Of a DNA stretch of 64,000 nt, positions 1 through 8,316 are shown piece after piece (positions within the stretch are counted from its first letter, which is position 1; the number at the start of each line of letters is the position of its first letter). Made by a program: the position numbers and the translations under genes. Source of the stretch: Candidatus Bathyarchaeia archaeon (GTDB lineage: Archaea > Thermoproteota > Bathyarchaeia > 40CM-2-53-6); assembly GCA_050013255.1 (NCBI GenBank), contig JBEKFP010000002.1, forward strand, positions 512,001-576,000, read 5' to 3'. The notes beneath the pieces are model-generated. The model searched no databases. It saw only the letters and a program-made list of their open reading frames with translations, and was not told the origin of the DNA.

Positions 1-1
1 C

Positions 2-658
2 TTCAGCGGCCTTCTGCGGGTTCCCCTCCAACTCGACTACTCCACCAGATTCCTTCGCGAGCTTCCTCGCCCTCTCAAGCATGGATTCGTCCGGCTCACA
101 GCCCTTCGGAGAGGAGACGACCAAGCTCATCCCCATGCTCGCTCCCCCAATCAACCACGAATTGCAAACATTGTTTCCGTCTCCGACCCACACAAACTTC
201 AGGCCCGATAACTTACCCTTTGCCTCAAGGATCGTGAGCATATCCGAAATAATTTGAGTCGGATGCTCCAAGTCGCAGAGAGCGTTGATGATGGGAACGG
301 GTGCATATTCAGCAAACTCCACCAAGGTCTGGTGTGCGTACGTTCGAATAACAATACCGCTCAGGTAGGCTCCTAGCACTCTGGCGGTGTCCTTCAGGGG
401 TTCGCCCCGTGTCAACTGCAGCTCGTCAGCGCGAAGATACATGGCCTGCCCGCCCAGCTGGTAGACCGCAGTTTCGAAACTAGCTCTAGTTCGGGTTGAG
501 GGCTTCTCAAACAGTAGACCAATGACCTTGCCGGACAATGAATGCTTGAGCGTCCCCTGCCTTGCGTCCGATTTGAGTCTAACCGCGAGCTCCAACAGGG
601 ATTGAGTGTCCCCGCGCGTTAGGTCGCCTATAGAAAGGAAGTCTCTACCTGATAACAA
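2..658 (-). CDS. argF: Ornithine carbamoyltransferase, N-terminal part (runs off window edge)
   Basis: Manual translation from TTG 658: MLSGRDFLSIGDL...FEKPSTRTRASFE (carbamoyl-phosphate motif), INALCDLEHPTQ, VGDGNNV. Not in the ORF track. Confidence 0.93.
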   Translation of the reverse strand, partial: MLSGRDFLSIGDLTRGDTQSLLELAVRLKSDARQGTLKHSLSGKVIGLLFEKPSTRTRASFETAVYQLGGQAMYLRADELQLTRGEPLKDTARVLGAYLSGIVIRTYAHQTLVEFAEYAPVPIINALCDLEHPTQIISDMLTILEAKGKLSGLKFVWVGDGNNVCNSWLIGGASMGMSLVVSSPKGCEPDESMLERARKLAKESGGVVELEGNPQKAAE

Positions 659-727
659 CCAAGACCACGGCCTCGGTTTGCTCAGGAGCCATTGAAAAAC
701 GCTTCAGCCTAATTCCGTGGCCGAGCG

Positions 728-1138
728 TTACGCTCGTTTCTTTGCCCTTACGACGCCACGATATCTTGGGGGAGCTTTCTTCGTCGGGTCGATTAGGAAT
801 CGTCCTGACTTCAGTATGTCCATTCCAATCAGCACAGGGTACCTCATGTCCGAGCGATCGTTAACCGTCACAGGTAGGGCAAACCTTTCACCAGCAATTT
901 CGACAATCCCTCGCACTAATGGCCGGGTGCGTACTTCGTCTAGAAATGCGGACTTGACCTTGGCAACGTCCACCGTGGGCCCCAGGCCTATGTTTGCCGC
1001 CAGCCATACGTCCACTGAAGTTCTAGTCGCGCCTGTGTCGACTTTCCCTTTGACCCGAGCCTCGCCGTGGTGTCCTATGACCTTCACATATTCAATCGGG
1101 CCGATAACGATCTGCTGTTTCCCATTCAATGAAACCAC
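728..1138 (-). CDS. RimK-associated retropepsin-like protease (RimB / putative ATP-dependent zinc protease family)
   Basis: KVDTGATRTS aspartic-protease motif and DRSDMRYPVLIGMDIL; divergent from a RimK ligase. Confidence 0.85.
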   Translation of the reverse strand: MVSLNGKQQIVIGPIEYVKVIGHHGEARVKGKVDTGATRTSVDVWLAANIGLGPTVDVAKVKSAFLDEVRTRPLVRGIVEIAGERFALPVTVNDRSDMRYPVLIGMDILKSGRFLIDPTKKAPPRYRGVVRAKKRA

Positions 1139-1203
1139 TGTGGTGGCGAGCGCTTTATGAGCAAACCAAGTATTAAGCTCACATCGGTAAGTGGCCGAAT
1201 TTC

Positions 1204-2076
1204 ATGAAAATCGGAGTCCTATCAAAGAACCCAGAATTCTGGGCGACAACAGAAATCATGAGTGCGCTGAAAGAAAAAGGCGCTGAACCAATCTACGTCA
1301 GGACGCCTGAAGTCCACCTCATGTTGGAAGGCCCGAAGGTTGATGCAATTTACGAGAAGCAATCACTATCTCGCCTAGACTCAGTGATACCCAGGATTGG
1401 GCGCAGCCTCACGCAGCTTGGCGTTATGATCCTGAAACACTTCGAGCTCATGAAACTCCCCTCAACGCTCTCTATGAACGGCCTCTTGACCGCGAGGAAC
1501 AAGTACCTTGCCCTGCAAGCGCTCCATGGAGCGGGAGTAAAGATTCCCGAAAGCGTTCTAATCGCTTCTCGCAACAAGAACGAAGAACCAACCGAATACC
1601 TATCGCCCCCACTTGTAATGAAACTGCTGAGCGGAACTCAGGGCATTGGGGTGATGCGTGTAAGAGATGCAAAGGAAGCAGGTCCCATAATTGACACTCT
1701 CTCCGAGCTCGACCAAATGATCTGCCTGCAAAAATTTCTACCCAACCCAGGTGAAGATATTCGAGTCTTTGTTATTGATGGGAAAATCATTGGTGCCATG
1801 AAGCGTAAAGCAGCTCCCCACGAGTGGAGAAGCAACATCCACATAGGTGGACAGGGAATACCACACAAACCCTCCAAAGCAGAGGCTGAAACTTCCGTCA
1901 GGGCAGCCGAAGCAGTTGGTGTCGAAATCGCCGGCGTCGATTTAATCTCGGTCGACGAAGACCCCTATGTAATCGAAGTAAATGCCTCACCAGGTTTCCG
2001 CGGTCTTCTAGGCGCAACCGGCATAAACGCGGCTGAAGAAATAGCAAAGTATGCCATTGCAAAAAGCAAACATTAG
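1204..2076 (+). CDS. rimK: RimK-family ATP-grasp alpha-L-glutamate ligase
   Basis: GTQGIGV, DIRVFVI, WRSNIHIGG, GVDLI...IEVNASPG motifs. Confidence 0.9.
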   Translation: MKIGVLSKNPEFWATTEIMSALKEKGAEPIYVRTPEVHLMLEGPKVDAIYEKQSLSRLDSVIPRIGRSLTQLGVMILKHFELMKLPSTLSMNGLLTARNKYLALQALHGAGVKIPESVLIASRNKNEEPTEYLSPPLVMKLLSGTQGIGVMRVRDAKEAGPIIDTLSELDQMICLQKFLPNPGEDIRVFVIDGKIIGAMKRKAAPHEWRSNIHIGGQGIPHKPSKAEAETSVRAAEAVGVEIAGVDLISVDEDPYVIEVNASPGFRGLLGATGINAAEEIAKYAIAKSKH

Positions 2077-2260
2077 AATTACCTTAGTCCTGACTCCATA
2101 ACACTCATTGGAATCATCATCGTACAGGGACTTCGCCTGTTGGCAATGAAGACAGTCACAAATACGATGCTCAAATGACATGAACCTGGGGTATCGGAGC
2201 TGACAGGCCTACACGCTCGAATCTGATGACCCTCTGTTCGACATGAAATGATTTAAGACA

Positions 2261-2869
2261 TCAGAACGCCTTGGGCCTTGTGTCAATAATTCTGCTCTCG
2301 GTCACAATTCTGTCCACCCGTCGGTCGTACCGCGACCTTGGGACATTTGAGACGCATTGGAAGTCGTAAGCTAAGCCCACGGTCGCCACGTGTGTTCGGA
2401 GCGCGTTTACGCTTCGGTCATAGTATCCGGCGCCGTATCCTATTCTGAACCCTCTCAGATCCCATGCGACACCTGGAACTAGGATTACATCGGCTTGCTC
2501 CAAGGCTACGGGTCGGCGAAACTCGCGTTTGGGTTCTGGGATTCCATAGTCACCCCTTTCAAGTTCCTCGGGTGCCTTGAACTCCGAGAATATCAGGCGC
2601 TTGTTGGCTCGGTCAACCACGGGCACGATTATTCTCTTACCATTCCAGAGTGCCCACTCGACAAAACCGCGTGTTCTTACTTCGCTACCGATGTTTAGGT
2701 AGGTCGATATTGTTCGCGCTTCCTTGACAGTTGGGAGTTCAAGTAATCTAGCGGTGATCTCGGAGCTTAGTTGGTCCAGTTCTGAGGCGGGCTTACTGTT
2801 TCTTAGTGCGAGCATTTGGGCTCGCAGCATTCGCTTCCTTTCATAACCTTCCAGGAGTACCCAACTCAT
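2261..2869 (-). CDS. ygfA: 5-formyltetrahydrofolate cyclo-ligase
   Basis: YGIPEP, VPGVAWDLRGFRIGYGAGYYDR motifs. Confidence 0.93.
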   Translation of the reverse strand: MSWVLLEGYERKRMLRAQMLALRNSKPASELDQLSSEITARLLELPTVKEARTISTYLNIGSEVRTRGFVEWALWNGKRIIVPVVDRANKRLIFSEFKAPEELERGDYGIPEPKREFRRPVALEQADVILVPGVAWDLRGFRIGYGAGYYDRSVNALRTHVATVGLAYDFQCVSNVPRSRYDRRVDRIVTESRIIDTRPKAF

Positions 2870-3743
2870 CGGGGTTGTACGCCAATTTCACACCGCTCTG
2901 GGAACACGCCGAGGTCAACGTGTTGTACATGATCATTGCAATCGTCATTGGCCCCACTCCACCCGGCACGGGCGTCACAAGCGAAGCAACAGGAATGACC
3001 GCATCAAAATCAACATCCCCCACTAACACTCCTCCAATGCTACTCGTCCCAATATCGACGACAATAGCCCCTGCTTTGACCATGTTCGGGCCAACTTTGA
3101 ATTCGGCACGATGACCAATACCTGTCAAAAGGATGTCAGCTTCCTTGGAGATTTCCTCAAGCTGTTCAGTCTTTGAATGGCAGATAGTTACCGTGGCATC
3201 TTCGTTTAGTAGGAGTTGGGCGAGAGGCCTACCTAGCAGCTTACTCCGGTTAATCACGACTGCGTGCTTGCCGGCTATTTTTACACCGTAATGTTTCAGC
3301 AAGAGAACGACCCCCTTGGGGGTGCACGGAACGAGCTTCGCCGTCCCTTTCTGATAGAGTAAGCCGAGGTTGCATGGGTTCAACCCATCAGCATCTTTCT
3401 CTTGACTTATAGTTGCGCAAGCTGCAACATCGTCCAAACCCTTCGGCAAGGGCAACTGGAGTAGGATCCCTGTTACCGAACGATCAGAATTCAGTTCGGA
3501 AACGGCTTCCTCCAACTTGGTCTGGGCTATGTTGGAAGGTAGCTCAATGCTGCGCGACTTTATTCCAACATCGGTGCATGCTAAATGCACGCTTCGTAAG
3601 TATGCCTTCGAAGCTGGACTTTCGCCAACAAGTATTGTTGCTAAGTTGGGTTCCACTTTCGCACTCAAAGCTCTAACCTGTTCTCTAATCTTCGACCTTA
3701 TCTCTTGAGCTACGGCGCGTCCCTCCATCGTTTTGGCAGGCAA
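2841..3743 (-). CDS. folD: Bifunctional methylene-THF dehydrogenase/cyclohydrolase
   Basis: GILLQLPLP, KDADGL, PCTPKG, TPVPGGVGPMT. Start re-assigned to TTG 3743 (GAGGA upstream); the longer ORF overlaps FTCD antisense. Confidence 0.93.
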   Translation of the reverse strand: MPAKTMEGRAVAQEIRSKIREQVRALSAKVEPNLATILVGESPASKAYLRSVHLACTDVGIKSRSIELPSNIAQTKLEEAVSELNSDRSVTGILLQLPLPKGLDDVAACATISQEKDADGLNPCNLGLLYQKGTAKLVPCTPKGVVLLLKHYGVKIAGKHAVVINRSKLLGRPLAQLLLNEDATVTICHSKTEQLEEISKEADILLTGIGHRAEFKVGPNMVKAGAIVVDIGTSSIGGVLVGDVDFDAVIPVASLVTPVPGGVGPMTIAMIMYNTLTSACSQSGVKLAYNPDELGTPGRL

Positions 3744-3861
3744 ATTCCTCAACCCTAGGCGGTTCCGAGTATTGTTGTTCCGCCTTATAGAACGATAGAG
3801 TCTGTGAAAACTGACCGAAACGAAATTAGCCCGGACGAGCCATTTTCGAGCTCGATGAGTT

Positions 3862-5397
3862 TTGAAGCTAGTTGAGTGTGTCCCGAATTTCAGCGAAGGC
3901 AGGAGAAGGAAAGTCATCGACGCGATTGTTGCAGAGGCAAAGGCGAGAAACGTAAAGGTCCTCGATATTGAATCGGACGCGGACCACAACCGCTCCGTCC
4001 TAACATTCGTCGGTGACCCTGAAGCGGTTAAGGAAGCGGCCTTGGCAGTCAGTGCCAAGGCGATTGAGCTTATAGACCTGAACAAGCACCAGGGCCAGCA
4101 CCCGCGAATGGGTGCAGTCGACGTGATACCCTTTATCCCGATCTCCGATGTAACTATGGCTGAATGTATTCAGTTAACCAAGGATTTCGCCAGCGAGTAT
4201 GCATCACGCTTCAAGGTTCCAGTATTCCTCTACGAGGAAACCGCAACACGGCCCGATCGGCGGAACTTGGCCGACGTAAGGAAGGGTGAGTTCGAAGGCC
4301 TGAGAACTGAGATTGGAAAGAACCCGGAAAAGAAACCTGACTTCGGCCCTAACGCAATTCATCCAACCGCCGGAGCTACCGCCATAGGAGCAAGACAGGT
4401 TCTCATAGCCTACAACGTGAACCTCGCAACGAACAATCTCGACGTGGCCAAGAAGATAGCTAAGCAAATTCGAGGAAAAGACGGGGGCCTAACCGCCGTG
4501 AAGGCACTAGGTTTCGAATTGAAGGACAGGGGCATCGTCCAAGTTTCCATGAATATGGTTGACTACAAGGCTAGCCAACTCTTCAAAGCCTTTGAACTAA
4601 TCAGAACCCTAGCAGAGAGCTACGGCGTTCAAGTTCTTGAAAGCGAAGTCGTGGGGCTCGTCCCAATGGAAGCCCTCACCGACAGCGCACAGTTCTATCT
4701 GCGGCTGCGGGGCTTCAACAACGGTCAGATTCTCGAACGCAAGCTAACTGAAACCAGCGGGAACAGGTTAATCGAAAAGAGCCTTTCGGGTTTCGTGACT
4801 GAAGTAGCCTCGGAGAAAGCGGTTCCGGGCGGTGGAAGCGTATCAGCTTTAGCTGGAGCCTTGGCGGCCAGCCTAGTTGGTATGGTCTGCCGCCTGACGG
4901 TCAAAAAACCCGGGTACGAGCAGCATTGGGCGCGTGCCAATGAAATTCTTACGGAAAGTGAGTCCGTCCAGAACACCCTTCTCGCCTTGGTCGATGAAGA
5001 CTCGAGAAGCTTCACGGAACTGCTGCAAACCTACCGCTTACCCAAGGAGAGTGAGGAGGAGAAACGCAAGAGGTCTGAGGAAATTCAAAAGGGATTGAAG
5101 GGGGCAGCGGAGGTACCGATGAGAACGGCTGAGAAGGCTGCGAAGGCATTGTCTTTAGCTAGAACTCTAGCCGAATTCGGCAACCAGAATGCACTTTCCG
5201 ACCTCCAAACCGCAATCCACCTAGCCCACGCAGGCGCGCTAGGCGCAATATCCAATGTGACCATAAACCTGGCAGCGATAAAGGATGAAAGTTACAAGAA
5301 ACAAGCGGGCGCCAGGCTTGAAGCCCTCCAGAAACAAATTGAAGCAGACAAGTCAGCTGCGCTCGCAGTATTGGCAAACAGAAATGTGAAAAATTAA
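3862..5397 (+). CDS. ftcD: Fused glutamate formiminotransferase / formiminoTHF cyclodeaminase
   Basis: ECVPNFSEG, DHNRSVLT, HPRMGAVDVIPF, C-terminal PGGGSVSA cyclodeaminase domain. Confidence 0.93.
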   Translation: MKLVECVPNFSEGRRRKVIDAIVAEAKARNVKVLDIESDADHNRSVLTFVGDPEAVKEAALAVSAKAIELIDLNKHQGQHPRMGAVDVIPFIPISDVTMAECIQLTKDFASEYASRFKVPVFLYEETATRPDRRNLADVRKGEFEGLRTEIGKNPEKKPDFGPNAIHPTAGATAIGARQVLIAYNVNLATNNLDVAKKIAKQIRGKDGGLTAVKALGFELKDRGIVQVSMNMVDYKASQLFKAFELIRTLAESYGVQVLESEVVGLVPMEALTDSAQFYLRLRGFNNGQILERKLTETSGNRLIEKSLSGFVTEVASEKAVPGGGSVSALAGALAASLVGMVCRLTVKKPGYEQHWARANEILTESESVQNTLLALVDEDSRSFTELLQTYRLPKESEEEKRKRSEEIQKGLKGAAEVPMRTAEKAAKALSLARTLAEFGNQNALSDLQTAIHLAHAGALGAISNVTINLAAIKDESYKKQAGARLEALQKQIEADKSAALAVLANRNVKN

Positions 5398-5429
5398 CTC
5401 GCATCGATAACAACAAAAACCAACTCAGA

Positions 5430-5462
5430 AATTAAAGAGAGAAGGCGGGAAATCAACCCGCC
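5430..5462 (-). terminator. Hairpin plus pyrimidine tract after the 24-aa ORF
   Basis: Minus strand GGCGGG-TTGATTT-CCCGCC followed by TTCTCTCTTT. Confidence 0.6.
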
Positions 5463-5475
5463 GTAATCCCGACAC

Positions 5476-5550
5476 TTAAGCTACGTATTCCGTAGTGTCC
5501 CTTGCTTCACGACCTTCAAGCTTCATCTTGACCTTGCGTTTCTTCGCCAA
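5476..5550 (-). CDS. Small basic peptide, 24 aa (MAKKRKVKMKLEGREARDTTEYVA)
   Basis: GGAGGTGA SD 7 nt before TTG; TTAAATA box at 5596-5602; downstream terminator. Confidence 0.7.
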   Translation of the reverse strand: MAKKRKVKMKLEGREARDTTEYVA

Positions 5551-5694
5551 CTTCTATTCACCTCCAACGATTAGCTAGAGCTAAGGCACTCATGGTATTT
5601 AACACGGCTTGGAGAAAAAAGGCAAAAGGGCGAATGTTCCACATTTCTACCGAAGCGAGCACAACGAAGTAAGCTTAGGCGCACAAGGGTTGAC

Positions 5695-6279
5695 TCATTT
5701 CTTGCCGCCTGTCTTTTCGTACATTCTTCGGAGCGTCCACCTTATGGCATTTTTGAGTTCGAGGAGGCGCCGGTCGTCACCGTAGTTCTGGATGTGAATT
5801 GCCCTCAGGCGGCCGTCGTCCTGTTCGACACTGTAAGTGAGAATGGCTTCCGGCGGAATCGTTCCAGCCGAGGCCGCTTCCTTATCCTTCGTTTGCATAG
5901 GCTCAAGGACTTTGGCTAGAAGAAATGACCGTAGGGGAGGCGAATTGGAATCCAAGTTGATGTTGGCCTCCGAAGTTACGTGAAGGGCGCCTTGCCCAAC
6001 CTGAATGGCCCCAATGCGGACACCGTCAACAGTCAGAACCGGAACACTATCAGCACCTTTAGGAATCATTTTGGGTTTTGCTGCGGGTTCGGGTTCGCTT
6101 GGCGAACTGATTTCAACCGGCCTGAAACTTCTCTCTGCAAGAAGCGAATCAACAACTTCTATGAAGGAACGCAGGTACGTCACTTCTTCTTCCTGTTGCT
6201 TCAAGCGCCGCTCCAAGAACGTCTTCATTTCTGCAAGTTTCTTGGTTAACTGTTGGTCAGACGAGGACAAAACGACCAC
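5695..6279 (-). CDS. Hypothetical protein with N-terminal coiled coil
   Basis: 194-aa ORF filling the interval; heptad-rich N-terminus. Confidence 0.75.
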   Translation of the reverse strand: MVVLSSSDQQLTKKLAEMKTFLERRLKQQEEEVTYLRSFIEVVDSLLAERSFRPVEISSPSEPEPAAKPKMIPKGADSVPVLTVDGVRIGAIQVGQGALHVTSEANINLDSNSPPLRSFLLAKVLEPMQTKDKEAASAGTIPPEAILTYSVEQDDGRLRAIHIQNYGDDRRLLELKNAIRWTLRRMYEKTGGKK

Positions 6280-6456
6280 CCGTACCTTTCGCCATTAGTC
6301 TGATCAACAATTAAAGGCCGCTCATGTAGCCTAACGGGCCTTCCCTGAATCCAGTTCCTTTTCAACAATACTTACTTTCCCCTCCCCTGTGCCTAAATGA
6401 ACGGTGCGAGACATAACCCACTTTAGTGAAATCAATTAAGTCTAGGTTGATACCGA

Positions 6457-8316
6457 TTGTCGTCCCCACTAAGTATGAGCGTCAAGAGACTCGGGCAGAT
6501 TCTCAAGGATGGGGCCGAAGGCCAAGTTGCAGAAAGTGAAGGTCGACTCCAGACTGCAAGCGATAACTATTGGCCTCTAGTCAAAGACTTGTTGATTACA
6601 GAGTTCAAGTTTGACAAATCACATGAAACAGCTCTGAAACTGTTCAGCAAAGACAAGGCCCGGTTCGCGGCAGTGGACGGCTCGGAAGACCAGAGGTTGT
6701 TAGGAGGTTTGGCGGTGTTTTGGGCTGGCTCGTACGCCGCAACAGGGTCGATTACATTCTACAAGGATCAACAACCAGACGTGGAATACGATACAGGGTT
6801 CGTTGAAAGAGGTCAAGGCCTAGCGAGCTGTGTTCCGATCTATGTGGACTCACTCCCGGAGGTCGACCCGCAGTCAACATTACACAAGAGCGGGCAACAG
6901 TTCACCATATCGGGACCGATGACGGAGCAGTCGACTGTTGACAATTCGACGATAGCAGATTGGATAATGTTGTTCTCAGAAATTTACCTCGCTCATCAGC
7001 TTGCGGCGTCAAAGCAATACGAAATCATTCTCCTTGATAGGTCGCTCTCTGGGACGCTGAGCAATCTGATATACGATACAGCAAAGCGACCCTTGTGGAA
7101 ACGTCAATGCGCAATCTTCGGTTTTGAAATTGATAATGTCCCAATCGACGAAACAGAGCTAGCTTATGGTAGATATCACACACCAAAACTGGACGGCTCC
7201 TTACCTCCCCGTGGAGATTACCTGCGCTATTCCACCATCTTTCTCTTGCAGAAACATAACAGAGCGCTCAGTCTCTCTGAGATTGCGAATGAATTGAATT
7301 ACTCTGCCGAGGATCAGCTTACCCGATTGACCCGTTTTGTTAAGAAATCAGCAGAGGAGGGATACCTCCAAGAATCAAATGCGAAGTACAGCGCGACCCC
7401 CCGCTATTCAAACACTTGGAACCGCCTGCGTAAACTAGTCGAATTGTTCGGTGTCCGGTTCTTTACCGGCAGCACAGGAAATCCACTCCGCATCGCAGAT
7501 GGTAGCGAACCTCGGTGGATAACAACACTTGACCTTGCTTTCCTCTGCCTTTTCGCTTTCAACCTTCTAATTGAAGAATCACAAGAAAACCATATTCTCC
7601 TGCTCGGCATCACAAAAGACACAACGGCAAGGGATCTCATCAGCCACCTCATTCCCGTATCACTCAAAGAAGGAATTTGGAAGCAAAAAGTCCAACACGT
7701 CGCGACAACCGACAGAATGCTATTGCAAGCGATCAGCATGTTTCATCACAGCGACCTACCCATACCCTGGGCTACGCTTGAGTACGACACTGCCTTTCAG
7801 ACAATAGTCCCAGACTTTCAGCATAGAGAGGGCTATGTCTCGGGGGCAATCAGCAATCGTATCATTCTTGAACAACGCTTCGTAAAATCCTACATTCAAC
7901 TTGATAAAGCCAAATCTGACGACCAGTTCAGAAGCAACGTATTGTTCATTGACCGTTTGTATCATGACCTCGAGAAGGCGCCCGCGTTAAAGCTCAAACA
8001 TGATTACGCAAGCACAATAGAGGAAATTCAGCCAGTCCTCTGGGATTCGAAACTGTCGCCGAACCGGGTCCAAGAACTCACTATGGTAACTCTGAAGGCG
8101 ATGACACAGCAAAGCCTTCCGGAAGTTTTTGGCCACAATAAACCGCTCTACATTGCTGACAAGATCGTCAAGGCTCAGAGGGACCGCGCAGCAGAAATAG
8201 TCAAAGCCACTGGCCACTGGCTAGTAATACATCCAAAGCTGAGGAAGTTCTCATTCTACATGAACACTTTCCGGGCACGAAGGAGCGAGGTTGAGAGTGC
8301 AAGAACCAGGGCTTAG
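6457..8316 (+). CDS. nurA: NurA-family nuclease, enlarged (619 aa) with probable wHTH insertion
   Basis: FAAVDGS, IILLDRSL, LLGITKD, C-terminal PLYIADK; overlaps a HerA-like gene. Confidence 0.75.
   Translation: MSSPLSMSVKRLGQILKDGAEGQVAESEGRLQTASDNYWPLVKDLLITEFKFDKSHETALKLFSKDKARFAAVDGSEDQRLLGGLAVFWAGSYAATGSITFYKDQQPDVEYDTGFVERGQGLASCVPIYVDSLPEVDPQSTLHKSGQQFTISGPMTEQSTVDNSTIADWIMLFSEIYLAHQLAASKQYEIILLDRSLSGTLSNLIYDTAKRPLWKRQCAIFGFEIDNVPIDETELAYGRYHTPKLDGSLPPRGDYLRYSTIFLLQKHNRALSLSEIANELNYSAEDQLTRLTRFVKKSAEEGYLQESNAKYSATPRYSNTWNRLRKLVELFGVRFFTGSTGNPLRIADGSEPRWITTLDLAFLCLFAFNLLIEESQENHILLLGITKDTTARDLISHLIPVSLKEGIWKQKVQHVATTDRMLLQAISMFHHSDLPIPWATLEYDTAFQTIVPDFQHREGYVSGAISNRIILEQRFVKSYIQLDKAKSDDQFRSNVLFIDRLYHDLEKAPALKLKHDYASTIEEIQPVLWDSKLSPNRVQELTMVTLKAMTQQSLPEVFGHNKPLYIADKIVKAQRDRAAEIVKATGHWLVIHPKLRKFSFYMNTFRARRSEVESARTRA

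Noticed and set aside
2080-2900. 6S RNA next to ygfA
   Set aside because: Bacterial ssrS lies upstream of ygfA; here folD overlaps the upstream side and the host is archaeal
3744-4085. N-terminal extension of folD in the ORF track
   Set aside because: Antisense to FTCD; FolD similarity starts at about 3743
5530-5545. KKRKV resembles the SV40 NLS
   Set aside because: Short basic motif with no meaning in an archaeon
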